64,000 nucleotides of DNA from IMG/VR virus record IMGVR_UViG_2974697560_000001, one strand, 5' to 3'. Positions 9,754-18,969 of the stretch are shown one piece after another. The translations under genes were made by a program, and so were the position numbers. The DNA comes from a virus (taxonomy: Duplodnaviria > Heunggongvirae > Uroviricota > Caudoviricetes). Each line of letters starts with the position of its first letter. Positions within the stretch are counted from its first letter, which is position 1. The notes under the pieces are model-generated. The model was not told the DNA's origin. It worked only from the letters and a program-made list of their open reading frames with translations, and did not search any database.

Positions 9754-10273
9754 AGAACTAGACACGCTTGACCGAATTGAGCAGATGAATACGGTCGTAG
9801 CGGCTCATCTTAAGGGCGACAATGCCACTGCAATTGCTCGTAGTACGGGCATGAAGCGTGCTCAAGTCATTGAGTATATTGACGAGTGGAAGCTCATCGC
9901 TCAGAATAATAAGGCAATCCAGGCGCGAGCCACGGAAGCCTTGACTGGCATGGATGAGCATTACAACATGATTATCAGAGAACTCTGGGAAGTCCTAGAG
10001 GAAGCTGATATGAACAATGACCTCAAGACAAAGACTACTGTCCTGAAAAACCTGGCAGATGTTGAGGGCAAGCGAGTAGACCTTTTGCAGAAGGCTGGTC
10101 TCATTGACAGTCAGCATGCAGGAGATGAAGTAATTGAGATGGAGCGAAAGCACGAAATTCTCATTAGCATTCTCCGAGAAGTGACATCTGATTGTCCGCA
10201 TTGCAAGGTCGAAGTTGCTCGAAGGCTGAGCAGGGTCACTGACAAGACAGAGACCATTGTCGTCCCGAATTGA
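9746..10273 (+). CDS. HTH-containing protein; terminase small subunit is possible
   Basis: ATAIARSTGMKRAQVIEYIDEW HTH; lies directly upstream of the terminase large subunit. Confidence 0.4.
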   Translation: MPKELDTLDRIEQMNTVVAAHLKGDNATAIARSTGMKRAQVIEYIDEWKLIAQNNKAIQARATEALTGMDEHYNMIIRELWEVLEEADMNNDLKTKTTVLKNLADVEGKRVDLLQKAGLIDSQHAGDEVIEMERKHEILISILREVTSDCPHCKVEVARRLSRVTDKTETIVVPN

Positions 10274-10274
10274 T

Positions 10275-10316
10275 TAAATCCCTTCATGATATACTTTATA
10301 TCAATGAAGGGATTTA
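10275..10316 (+). repeat. near-perfect 19-bp inverted repeat (AAATCCCTTCATGATATAC-TTTA-TATCAATGAAGGGATTT, one interior mismatch) before the terminase start
   Basis: read directly; hairpin or symmetric protein-binding site. Confidence 0.7.
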
Positions 10317-10319
10317 GTT

Positions 10320-12140
10320 TTGTCTACTGATTTTGCTGAGTTCTTCAATGCGTTGTCAGACGACGACTTTGAAGAAATTCCAGTTGATATCGAAGTCTTC
10401 GTGCAAAGCGAAGACTACCTAGGCATGCCTCATTTGTCCGAATATCAGTACCAGCTCATTCGTGCTAGCAGTCAGATTTACAAGCAAAGCACGCTGTACA
10501 ACCTCTACGAGGCAGAAAAGGCAGAACGACGCTGGAAAGAAACGTGCAACGAGGTAATCGCCTGTTTGGGCAAGGGTAGTGGTAAGGACTTTACGTCAAC
10601 CATTGCCTGTGCCTACATTGTTTATTTGCTGCTGTGTCTACGTAATCCAGCGAAGTATTTTGGAAAGCCTGCTGGCGACTCCATTGACATCCTGAACATT
10701 GCTATTAACGCAGCGCAGGCTAACAACGTATTCTTCAAGGGATTCAAGAGCCGCATTGAGGGCTCCCCCTGGTTTGAAGGAAAGTACACGACCAAGGCTG
10801 GTCACATCGCTTTCGAGAAAAACATCAACGTCTACTCAGGGCACTCTGAGCGTGAAGCCTGGGAGGGCTACAACCTCATCTATTGCGTCCTTGATGAGAT
10901 TTCCGGTTTTGCTCTCGACTCTACCTCTGGTAATGAGCAGGCAAAGACGGCTGATGCTGTCTACAAGATGTATCGAGCATCTGTTGACTCCCGATTCCCG
11001 GCAGAAGGAAAGGTAGTTCTTCTATCATTCCCTCGCTTCAAGAACGACTTTATCTCTCAGAGATATGAGGCGGTAGTTGCAGAAAAGGAAGTAGTCGAGC
11101 GTAGCCATGTATTCAAGCTTGACCCTGAACTACCAGACGAGATTGAGGAAAACAAGTTCAGCATTAAGTGGGAGGAAGACCATATCATTTCCTACCACGT
11201 TCCTCGCGTCTATGCCTTGAAGCGTCCTACCTGGGAAGTCAATCCAACTCGTCAGATTGAAGACTTTACAACTGCATTCTTCACTGACCCAATTGATGCA
11301 CTGTCTCGATTTGCTTGTATGCCACCTGACGCTATTGACGCATTCTTTAAGGACAAGGAGAAGGTGGAAGCCTCTTTCGTTCGACCCAATGGAGTTGATG
11401 AGGACGGGTCATACAGGGCAGACTTTACACCGAAGGAGGGTGTACGCTACTATGTACACGTAGACCTTGCGCAGAAGCATGACCACTGTGCTGTAGCTCT
11501 TGCTCACGTTGAGAAGTTCGTACAGAAGAAGATTGGTGGTCAGCTTAACGAAGTGCTTCCTTATGTTGTGGTTGATGCTGTCCGATGGTGGACACCAAAG
11601 CCCGGTAAGGATGTTGACTTTGCTGACGTAAGAGACTACATTACAGGATTGAAGCGCAGAGGTTTTGACCTCCGCCTAGTGACCTTTGACCGCTGGAACT
11701 CTAATGACCAGATGAAGTATCTGCGAGGAGTCGGTATTAATTCCGAGGTTCTTTCAGTGGCAAAGAAGCACTATGAAGACTTGAGCTGGGTCATCTACGA
11801 CCAAAGACTTATGGGTCCAGATGTATCATTGCTTAAGAGAGAATTGCTGGCACTGCGTATCATGCCAAATGACAAGATTGACCACCCTAGAACGGGGTCA
11901 AAGGACTTGGCTGACGCAACGTGTGGAGCAGTTCACAATGCAATTACATACACGCCACGAGACGAGTTTGCTACCATTGAGGTACAAACGTACGAGTCAA
12001 TCAGGCGGGCAGAAATTGAGGCCAAGCGTGAGGAGCTTGACATGGCTCGTGAACGTGATAATGTAATTGAAGTGCCTCGTGAGCAAAGGAAGATGCCAGA
12101 TGAACTGGCTGATTATCTCACGAAGCTAGAAATTATCTGA
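10320..12140 (+). CDS. terminase large subunit
   Basis: 606 aa; LGKGSGKDF Walker A-like, YCVLDEISGF Walker B, C-terminal VHVDLAQKHDH nuclease-like; TTG start. Confidence 0.7.
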   Translation: MSTDFAEFFNALSDDDFEEIPVDIEVFVQSEDYLGMPHLSEYQYQLIRASSQIYKQSTLYNLYEAEKAERRWKETCNEVIACLGKGSGKDFTSTIACAYIVYLLLCLRNPAKYFGKPAGDSIDILNIAINAAQANNVFFKGFKSRIEGSPWFEGKYTTKAGHIAFEKNINVYSGHSEREAWEGYNLIYCVLDEISGFALDSTSGNEQAKTADAVYKMYRASVDSRFPAEGKVVLLSFPRFKNDFISQRYEAVVAEKEVVERSHVFKLDPELPDEIEENKFSIKWEEDHIISYHVPRVYALKRPTWEVNPTRQIEDFTTAFFTDPIDALSRFACMPPDAIDAFFKDKEKVEASFVRPNGVDEDGSYRADFTPKEGVRYYVHVDLAQKHDHCAVALAHVEKFVQKKIGGQLNEVLPYVVVDAVRWWTPKPGKDVDFADVRDYITGLKRRGFDLRLVTFDRWNSNDQMKYLRGVGINSEVLSVAKKHYEDLSWVIYDQRLMGPDVSLLKRELLALRIMPNDKIDHPRTGSKDLADATCGAVHNAITYTPRDEFATIEVQTYESIRRAEIEAKREELDMARERDNVIEVPREQRKMPDELADYLTKLEII

Positions 12141-12154
12141 CCGGAAGGTATGCC

Positions 12155-12676
12155 ATGCCGAGTTTAAAGTTCAATCGTAAGGAGATTGTCAAGGCATTGA
12201 CTCTTCGTGATGGACTCATATGTCGATACCCTGGCTGTGAGACTCCATTCACAAAGGATAATGGCCCTACTATTGACCACTGGTTTCCATTGAGTGCTGG
12301 TGGTACGTGGGACCTTGACAACCTCAAGTTGATGCACAAGAAGTGCAACTCTGCCAAGGGTGACAAGATACCTCTTGACGACGGTACCTTGCCTGTGGTA
12401 GAAAAGAAGCAGCGGGTCAGCCGAGCTGTGAAGCGAAGCGAACGCCCAGTAGTTTGTGAGCAGTGTCAGTCTGGTAGACTGCTTGGTCCAGACGAAGAGT
12501 GTGACCAGTGCGGTAGTGGTCCTATGCCACCTTCTTATCCTCAATGGAGTAAGATGCGTGCAAACGAATGTACCCATGAGGGTATCTGGTGGTGTTGGGC
12601 CTGCATCTCTGGCGTAGTTGACAGGGTGCCTGCTTCTAAGATAGTGTTTGATGGAGGAGAGCCGGGGATAGATTAG
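12155..12676 (+). CDS. HNH endonuclease
   Basis: IDHWFPLSAGGTWDLDNLKLMHKKCNSAKGDK HNH motif; extra Cys pairs downstream. Confidence 0.8.
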   Translation: MPSLKFNRKEIVKALTLRDGLICRYPGCETPFTKDNGPTIDHWFPLSAGGTWDLDNLKLMHKKCNSAKGDKIPLDDGTLPVVEKKQRVSRAVKRSERPVVCEQCQSGRLLGPDEECDQCGSGPMPPSYPQWSKMRANECTHEGIWWCWACISGVVDRVPASKIVFDGGEPGID

Positions 12677-12703
12677 TCCCCGGCACCTCTAAAAAGGAGA
12701 GTA

Positions 12704-13309
12704 ATGACTGACGTAGATATTGTTCTTATCGTAGACCGCTCTGGTAGCATGTCTAGGATTAAGGACGAGGCAGAAGGTGCCCTCAACAGGTTCCTTGATG
12801 AACAGCAGAATGTTGAGGGTGATGTTTTTGTCACCTACGTGCAGTTTGATGATGTATACGAAACCAAGTTTGAGAAGGTTGGTCTTGCCAATGCGGTTGG
12901 TACAGTAAGTATTCAGCCTCGTGGCATGACTGCCCTTCTTGACGCAATCGGTAAGACCGTAGTAAACTATGTACCACAGACCAAGAAGACAATCTACGTC
13001 ATCATGACTGATGGCCTGGAGAACGCTTCTCAGGAGTGGACAGTAGAAACGGTCAACCAGCTCGTTACGGAATCAAAGCAGCACGGTGACGAATTCGTAT
13101 ACCTCGGTGCCAATCAGGACGCCATCGCAGTAGGCTCAAAGCTGGGAATCCCTGTGGCTTCCAGCCTAACGTTCGCTGCGGACAAGGCAGGACTTGACGC
13201 GGTATCAAGGAGTATGACAAGCTATGTAACAGCGACTCGCTCTGGACTCGCCTACGAGTTCACTGATGAGGACCGTAAGAACGCTACAGGCTTGACAGAC
13301 AGCGAGTGA
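12704..13309 (+). CDS. von Willebrand factor A domain protein
   Basis: DIVLIVDRSGSM MIDAS motif. Confidence 0.7.
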   Translation: MTDVDIVLIVDRSGSMSRIKDEAEGALNRFLDEQQNVEGDVFVTYVQFDDVYETKFEKVGLANAVGTVSIQPRGMTALLDAIGKTVVNYVPQTKKTIYVIMTDGLENASQEWTVETVNQLVTESKQHGDEFVYLGANQDAIAVGSKLGIPVASSLTFAADKAGLDAVSRSMTSYVTATRSGLAYEFTDEDRKNATGLTDSE

Positions 13310-13416
13310 GCTGTTAAAGTAGTAAATGTGGGTCGAACGAAAGTTGGTTATCTTTCAATAATGGTGAATACGCTCCGATAGGGGCTCTCCGACTTTCAAA
13401 CACTTATCCACACAAT

Positions 13417-13487
13417 GCATCGGTAGTTTAATGGTAGAACGAGTGACTTCCAATCATTCAGCGCGGGTTCGATTCCCGCTCGGTGCT
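13417..13487 (+). tRNA. tRNA-Gly (TCC)
   Basis: hand-folded cloverleaf; acceptor GCATCGG/TCGGTGC, D GTTT-AATGGTA-GAAC, anticodon loop CTTCCAA, T-arm GCGGG-TTCGATT-CCCGC. Confidence 0.75.
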
Positions 13488-13619
13488 CCGAAGACCTGGA
13501 TTCGCCTCTGTTGACTTTCGCCAACATGCTACCAGCAAAATGTAGTCTAGAATACATTTTGGCCTCTGGCCCGGAGGCGTTATGAGAGTGACAGACTCTT
13601 TAACTGTCAGGGCATTCAT

Positions 13620-13693
13620 TCCCCCGTGGTCCGTGTGGCTGGCCACTGAGACTCTGAATCTCAGGTACGTAGGTTCGACTCCTGCCGGGGGAG
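13620..13693 (+). tRNA. tRNA-like element, non-canonical D arm; possible anticodon CTG (Gln)
   Basis: acceptor TCCCCCG/CGGGGGA, loop CTCTGAA, T-arm GTAGG-TTCGACT-CCTGC; D stem does not fold normally. Confidence 0.3.
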
Positions 13694-13821
13694 CTGGTCC
13701 GACTTCGTGATATCGGTGACAATAACTGATTCGGAACGCATAATAACCATGGTAAAAGTGCGGAAAGAGGATGTAACGATAATCGGAAGCGATGGGTAAA
13801 ACCTCCTCGGACCGACAACAT

Positions 13822-13892
13822 ATGCCCTAAGTGTTACGGTAGCACGTTGGTCTCCAAAACCAAAAGCGTAGGTTCGACTCCTACAGGGCGTG
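13822..13892 (+). tRNA. tRNA-Trp (CCA)
   Basis: acceptor ATGCCCT/AGGGCGT, D GTGT-TACGGTA-GCAC, loop CTCCAAA, T-arm GTAGG-TTCGACT-CCTAC. Confidence 0.65.
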
Positions 13893-14098
13893 CTTTGACG
13901 AAACTCGCCTTAGAAGGCATGAACGATGGTGGTCAGCATAAACCATTTAGTAAGCCCGAGAGTAGTATTGAAAGGACATCGGCCATGCTGAGGTCGTCCG
14001 AGTAGAGAAGTAGGGGATAAGGTCCCGAATGGCGTCAAAACCATTTAACAAACGCCCGGTATCGAAAGGTACCGGGCACAATCATATCCGGAGGAAAC

Positions 14099-14551
14099 AT
14101 GGGATATTACACTGACTTCACACTGAGTGCTGAGGGTCGTGGCCCAGTATATGATAAGATGATGAACCAGAAGGACAAGATTATCTTCTCCAGTGGAGAC
14201 TATGATTTCGTCCTCGGAGAGTGGCTTGATAGAAACTACTCCCAGAACCTAAAGTGGTATGACTGGGAGAAGGACATGAAGCAGCTCTCACGTGAGTGGC
14301 CAAACGTCCTGTTCATCCTTGAGGGTGACGGTGAAGAGGCTGGTGACCTCTGGAAGGCATGGTTCCGAAATGGAGAAATGCACAAGCTAGAGGCTAAGAT
14401 TATCTTTGAGACAATCAAGCCAGACCTGGACAAACATCTTCCATACGACCACAGCCTTGACAAGCGTCTTGGTGAGCAGTACAAGAAGGAGCTTGAGGCA
14501 GAGATTGCCAAGCTACAGGGTCAGCTTGACGAACTGAACCAGAAGGAGTAA
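14099..14551 (+). CDS. hypothetical protein
   Basis: ORF track 150 aa; ggagg RBS. Confidence 0.5.
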   Translation: MGYYTDFTLSAEGRGPVYDKMMNQKDKIIFSSGDYDFVLGEWLDRNYSQNLKWYDWEKDMKQLSREWPNVLFILEGDGEEAGDLWKAWFRNGEMHKLEAKIIFETIKPDLDKHLPYDHSLDKRLGEQYKKELEAEIAKLQGQLDELNQKE

Positions 14552-14768
14552 AGTGGCTCTTACAGGCAGCAAGGGGCAGTGTTGGTTCCAACGCTGTTCA
14601 AGAAAAGCCACTACCACGATTAGGTACCACAACAAATCTGTGGTAGTCTGTGAAGGACACAAGAACCTGGACGGCAAGGGCTGTCCACCAAGTAGGCGAA
14701 AGCCGAAGAGTTGACACTCACCAGAGCGTCTGCTAAGATTAAGTACAACGGCAGGGAAACCTGCTTAT

Positions 14769-14840
14769 CAGGTGCGGGGAAGATGGTAATCCGTTGGTTT
14801 TGGAAACCTAAGACACCCGGTTCGATTCCGGGGCACCTGA
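14769..14840 (+). tRNA. tRNA-like; degenerate Pro(TGG)-like copy
   Basis: acceptor CAGGTGC/GCACCTG, loop TTTGGAA, T-arm CCCGG-TTCGATT-CCGGG; anticodon and D stems carry mismatches. Confidence 0.35.
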
Positions 14841-14844
14841 CTTC

Positions 14845-14919
14845 CGGGATATAGCTCAGCTTGGTCAGAGCGCTGCATTTGGGATGCAGAAGTCGCTGGT
14901 TCGAATCCAGTTATCCCGA
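14845..14919 (+). tRNA. tRNA-Pro (TGG)
   Basis: CGGGATA-TA-GCTC-AGCTTGGTCA-GAGC, loop TTTGGGA, T-arm GCTGG-TTCGAAT-CCAGT. Confidence 0.85.
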
Positions 14920-14920
14920 C

Positions 14921-15000
14921 TGGTTCCATAGGATAATGACTAATCCGCCTGTACGTGGAGTACAGGTAATACCGGTTAAATTCCGGACTAGGAACCACCA
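14921..15000 (+). tRNA. tRNA-like with unusual arms (anticodon-loop CGTGGAG, T-loop TTAAATT)
   Basis: acceptor TGGTTCC/GGAACCA, D GGAT/ATCC; an extra nucleotide and G33 depart from the canonical form. Confidence 0.25.
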
Positions 15001-15167
15001 ACTTTTGGGTCGATTGAGACACGGTTATCTTACACAATGGATACTAGGTTCGATTCCTAGGGGTGCTATAAAAGGCGCTCTGTAAAGTCATCTCAGATGT
15101 GTGTGGTAGGATGACATAAGGTACTACACTCTCTCCGTTCTCGCCACTTACCTAAAGGACTTACATT

Positions 15168-15689
15168 ATGACGGTACTCCTAAGAACAATTCATGGTTCG
15201 CATCTGTACGGTCTCGCTCACGCAGGTTCGGATAAAGACATCTACGAAGTAGTTGCTACGAAGCGGACCAAGCGGAAGCGCAATATTAAGCAAACCATCG
15301 TGAATGGAATTGACAAGACGGTCGTTGACCTCTCGACATTCATGCACATGGTTGACGAATGCGTACCTCAAGCACTTGAAGCGCTATGGACGCCGGTACC
15401 AGATGTGGATGAAATCCACCAGTTCCGGACACAATATCGAGTGAATCGCGCCAAGATGAAGGAAGTATACATTCGTACTGCTCTGAACTTCGCCAAGCAT
15501 GAAGACGTAAAACGAAAGCGACATGCTATTCGTCTCCTTCTAAACCTTGGTGAGGCCCTGGAATACGGTAAGTTTAATCCAAGGCTGTCCACTATGGACA
15601 AGTTCATTCTCCGCTCATCACTCGGAGAATCTGGAGCATATGAGGATGTCTTTCTGGGCGTTCTCGATGAAGTGCAAAAGTGGGTCTGA
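15168..15689 (+). CDS. minimal nucleotidyltransferase (Pol-beta/MNT-like fold)
   Basis: HGSHLYGLAHAGSDKDIY matches the GS...SDxD NTase signature. Confidence 0.55.
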   Translation: MTVLLRTIHGSHLYGLAHAGSDKDIYEVVATKRTKRKRNIKQTIVNGIDKTVVDLSTFMHMVDECVPQALEALWTPVPDVDEIHQFRTQYRVNRAKMKEVYIRTALNFAKHEDVKRKRHAIRLLLNLGEALEYGKFNPRLSTMDKFILRSSLGESGAYEDVFLGVLDEVQKWV

Positions 15690-15702
15690 CGGCTCACGCC
15701 AA

Positions 15703-15779
15703 TGGGGCGTATACCCTCACTCTGATAAAGTGTAGAAAGGTTAATCGGTTACATGTGGGTTCAATTCCCACCGTCCCAA
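15703..15779 (+). tRNA. tRNA-like element; T-arm and acceptor are clear, D/anticodon fold unresolved (possible GAT loop)
   Basis: acceptor TGGGGCG/CGTCCCA, T-arm GTGGG-TTCAATT-CCCAC, CACT-CTGATAA-AGTG hairpin. Confidence 0.3.
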
Positions 15780-15821
15780 CTGGTCTTCATTGGAGGACCC
15801 GAATAGAAACCCCTTAAAACA

Positions 15822-17636
15822 ATGGTAGATTTCGACAAGAGACATTCCAAAGAGCTTGTGAAACACCCTGACACAGACCTGGTTGATACCAGGTCTTTTC
15901 GGTCTTCCGGTCAGGGTGCATTTTCGCATGTCCGAAAGGGAATGAAAGTAACTACGAAGGCCGTTCTGGATTGGGTCTACCTGAACGACTATAAGGAAGA
16001 GATTGCCAAGGCTAAGATGGATGGCAATCTGGAAAAGGCCCGGAAGTTGAAGATAGAGCAAGAGAAGCGTAGTGAGCCAAGACGTAAGAGATTCTACTCA
16101 GTCCTTGCTGTACTGATTGCGCTTCTTGGTTGGGCCTATGTCACATGGGCGATTGTTCCAATCGTTGTGGTGTTCGCTGTGAGCCTTCTTGCCATGTGGT
16201 TCGTAGGTAGTGGCGTCAAGCCTAAGCAGCTTGTGTCAGCAATAACAGGAAAGGAAGAGGAGCTTGACCCTATGGAACCTTTCCCAATTGCAGATGCTCG
16301 TACCAGAGACGAGGCACAGGAATGCTTGAGACGTGCGCTACTTGCTGAGGGAATCACTCCCAGGGTTATCTTGGAACCAACTCGTTACAATTGGGGTTGG
16401 GAAATCCCGGTAGTCCTGAGAAAGGGAACTCCTGATGATGTAATGTCTAAGGCTAAGAAGATGGAGACACTACTAAGACTTCCTACTGATGGAATGCTAG
16501 TAGCTGCTACTCGATTCCGGGCCGAAGTTGTCATCAGACTTATGCAGACAGACCCGTTTGCAGATATGACCCCAGAGCACAGAGCAGAGCCTCTTTCTCG
16601 TTCAATCAAGAAGAAGTACAAAATTGCTCAGCGAATGGATGGTCAGTTCCTTGAACTCAGCTTGCTTCGAAACCACGCAGTAATCATTGCTGCACCTGGT
16701 GGTGGTAAGTCAATGTTCATGCGTAAGCTGGCAGACATCACCACTAGCTGTAGAGACTGTGTAACTTGGGACATTGACCCTGGTGGTAATGGACTCGAAG
16801 TCTTCGGAAGGGCTATCGCAAGACGCGGTAGAACGGAAGACGAAATTGAAGAAATGCTAACCGAGGCTCTGGAGTACACCAAGATTCGTGCAAAGAAGCT
16901 GACGAAGCTAGGGATGGGTGACAACTGGCAGCCAACCAAGGAGCACCCTGCTCTCATCATCTTCATTGACGAGTTTATTCAGCTTAACAAGAAGTGCAAG
17001 GATTTGGCTGTACAGATTATCCGCAATGGACGTAAGTCAGCTATTACTGTCGTTATGGCAGCACAGCAGGCTACGAAGGACACTCTTGGTGCCGCCATTG
17101 CAGATGCAGTCAGCATCAAGGTAATGTTTGCTTCTCGTCATGCTGACGTACCTCTCGTGTTCGGAGAGGGCATGTTGTCACAGGGTTGGAGACCTGATAA
17201 GCTACATCCAGCATCAGGTGAGGACGTGGAAGACGCTGGTAAGTGCTACATCTTGGGCGGTGGCTCAAGAGAGCCATACCTGTACAAGGTCTTCCCAATC
17301 GAACCAGATGAGGCAATTGAAATGGGTGACGAGCGTGAAGCAGAGGGCATGCCCGAGCTTGACAAGGACACCTACCTAGATGTTACAGTTACAGACACAA
17401 CCGACAAGCGCATGCTTGAGGACGTGCTTGACATCTTTGAGAACTTCGACGAGAATGATTGGCTACCAGCCAGCATCTTGGTCAAGGAACTCAAGGGCTA
17501 CGGTCACACCTTGACAGCTCGTCAGTTGCATGAGATTCTAGGGGATACCGGCCGAGAGAGCCGTATTTGGGAAGGGTCCAAGTACAAGGTGGCTGGTTAT
17601 TTCAGGAAGAACATCGAGAAGCAATTGGAGAAGTGA
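15822..17636 (+). CDS. FtsK/SpoIIIE-family ATPase with N-terminal transmembrane segments
   Basis: 604 aa; two hydrophobic helices near residues 95-135; IIAAPGGGKSMFMRKL Walker A; IIFIDEF Walker B. Confidence 0.7.
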   Translation: MVDFDKRHSKELVKHPDTDLVDTRSFRSSGQGAFSHVRKGMKVTTKAVLDWVYLNDYKEEIAKAKMDGNLEKARKLKIEQEKRSEPRRKRFYSVLAVLIALLGWAYVTWAIVPIVVVFAVSLLAMWFVGSGVKPKQLVSAITGKEEELDPMEPFPIADARTRDEAQECLRRALLAEGITPRVILEPTRYNWGWEIPVVLRKGTPDDVMSKAKKMETLLRLPTDGMLVAATRFRAEVVIRLMQTDPFADMTPEHRAEPLSRSIKKKYKIAQRMDGQFLELSLLRNHAVIIAAPGGGKSMFMRKLADITTSCRDCVTWDIDPGGNGLEVFGRAIARRGRTEDEIEEMLTEALEYTKIRAKKLTKLGMGDNWQPTKEHPALIIFIDEFIQLNKKCKDLAVQIIRNGRKSAITVVMAAQQATKDTLGAAIADAVSIKVMFASRHADVPLVFGEGMLSQGWRPDKLHPASGEDVEDAGKCYILGGGSREPYLYKVFPIEPDEAIEMGDEREAEGMPELDKDTYLDVTVTDTTDKRMLEDVLDIFENFDENDWLPASILVKELKGYGHTLTARQLHEILGDTGRESRIWEGSKYKVAGYFRKNIEKQLEK

Positions 17637-17860
17637 TGGAAGCCGTACTCGTCGGCCCTGTCATCCTCTGGGTTCTAATCTCACTCTACCTTGTCAAGAA
17701 GAAGGGTAAGCAGTGGCCGGAACTCATGTGGGGCATCGTCGGAGGTCTCATCCTTGCCACCATCTTTACCGGTCTTCCTAAGACCGTGTATAACATGGCT
17801 GACACTGGATGGAACGGTATCGTCAGCGTGGCACAAAACATCACCAACTCTCAGGGTTGA
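17636..17860 (+). CDS. small membrane protein
   Basis: ATG overlaps the upstream TGA; two hydrophobic helices; holin-like size. Confidence 0.45.
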   Translation: MEAVLVGPVILWVLISLYLVKKKGKQWPELMWGIVGGLILATIFTGLPKTVYNMADTGWNGIVSVAQNITNSQG

Positions 17861-17885
17861 CAGGTGCTCGTGCTCGCTGTAAGAT
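17857..17885 (+). promoter_or_regulatory. sigma70-like promoter TTGACA-N17-TAAGAT ahead of a tRNA group
   Basis: sequence motif read directly. Confidence 0.5.
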
Positions 17886-17917
17886 ATAACTAAACCTAGT
17901 CCTTCCGGGCTAGCGGA

Positions 17918-17991
17918 GCGCCAGTAGCATAACGGTTCAATGCAGTAGGCTTATATCCTACCGAGAGAAGGTTCAATTCCTTCCTGGCGTA
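17918..17991 (+). tRNA. tRNA-Ile (TAT), AUA decoder
   Basis: GCGCCAG-TA-GCAT-AACGGTTCA-ATGC, anticodon arm GTAGG-CTTATAT-CCTAC, T-arm GAAGG-TTCAATT-CCTTC. Confidence 0.7.
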
Positions 17992-18168
17992 CTTGTGGGT
18001 CGAAGATGATTGTTTATCTTCAAATCAGCGTGTTGGGGGTTCGAATCCTCCCTGGGGACTTCATTGTCCTCGGTAACTCAATGGCAGAGTAGCTGACATT
18101 GCCCGAATGGGCTAGACGATTGTCACACCTTATCCACATTACAAACAACTACTAACTAAGGAATAACC

Positions 18169-18336
18169 GTGGCTGCTCTTTCACATGCAGTGGGTACCAG
18201 AGTTAAAGTTACAAATGGGTCTTACAAAAACACGACTGGAACTGTTCAGGTAAGGGATGGCCACAAGGTCATCGTTTCTGACAAGGACAACGCTGTTCTG
18301 TTTGGTGCCCATGACCGTATGGTCGAAGTTCTCTAA
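18169..18336 (+). CDS. small hypothetical protein (GTG start, KOW-like)
   Basis: 55 aa, below the ORF-track cutoff; aggaa RBS. Confidence 0.35.
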   Translation: MAALSHAVGTRVKVTNGSYKNTTGTVQVRDGHKVIVSDKDNAVLFGAHDRMVEVL

Positions 18337-18345
18337 GGAGGCACA

Positions 18346-18504
18346 ATGGCTTATTTCGAGGGCCAGAAGATTTGGGTCGGAAACGAACCTGGTATTTACT
18401 GGGGAGATTCTGAGAACCCAACCTTGGCAAAGGTAGAGGTTCCCGAGGGTTCTGGGAACGTCGTGCTCTGCGTAAAGAAGCAAATCAACGTTCGGAATGA
18501 CTGA
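18346..18504 (+). CDS. small hypothetical protein
   Basis: 52 aa; ggagg RBS. Confidence 0.35.
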   Translation: MAYFEGQKIWVGNEPGIYWGDSENPTLAKVEVPEGSGNVVLCVKKQINVRND

Positions 18505-18511
18505 ACGTTTT

Positions 18512-18596
18512 GGAAGGTAAGCGATTGGTTAGCAGGAGTCTTGGAAAGGCTCTAAGGGTGTTACAGCCCGGCAGGGTTCAATTCCCTGGCCTTCCG
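18512..18596 (+). tRNA. tRNA-Ser (GGA), long variable arm
   Basis: acceptor GGAAGGT/GCCTTCC, anticodon arm GAGTC-TTGGAAA-GGCTC, variable GGGT-GTTACA-GCCC, T-arm CAGGG-TTCAATT-CCCTG. Confidence 0.7.
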
Positions 18597-18609
18597 CAGG
18601 AGGTGCAAT

Positions 18610-18828
18610 ATGATAATCTGTGGTGACACAGTTGAAGTAAAGCACGACCGTCCTAATGTTGACCCTGATTACTACGGTAAGCGTGGCAGGATTCACAAAA
18701 GGACTCGCATTCTCGGTGCTCTTGGTGCTGGGCAATACGAAATCATGTTCTTCGAGAGAGGACTCAATCATCCCATCATGGGTGTAATGGGTGGCTTTAA
18801 CGAAGATGACCTGGAAGTCATTCGCTGA
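18610..18828 (+). CDS. hypothetical protein
   Basis: ORF track 72 aa; gcaggagg RBS. Confidence 0.45.
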   Translation: MIICGDTVEVKHDRPNVDPDYYGKRGRIHKRTRILGALGAGQYEIMFFERGLNHPIMGVMGGFNEDDLEVIR

Positions 18829-18837
18829 CTTCCCTAT

Positions 18838-18923
18838 GGAGGCACGCATTGGAGTGCTTATAGGTCTTGAAAACCTTGAAGGTGTAGTGATATGCCGTGG
18901 GGGTTCGACTCCCTCTGTCTCCG
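18838..18923 (+). tRNA. tRNA-Ser (TGA), long variable arm
   Basis: acceptor GGAGGCA/TGTCTCC, loop CTTGAAA, T-arm GGGGG-TTCGACT-CCCTC. Confidence 0.65.
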
Positions 18924-18969
18924 CTCCCGCCCGGTACTAATTGTGCCGGGCATTTTCTATAGGAGAGAT

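Noticed and set aside
13686-13812. Perfect 7-bp complementary ends GGTCCGA...TCGGACC enclosing 113 nt; considered as a tRNA with intron
   Set aside because: No D-arm or T-loop signature inside. It may be a structured RNA, but there is no basis to call it a tRNA.
18181-18483. 100-aa minus-strand ORF between tRNA clusters
   Set aside because: Two short plus-strand ORFs with RBSs (GTG 18169..18336 and 18346..18504) cover the same DNA in the dominant orientation.
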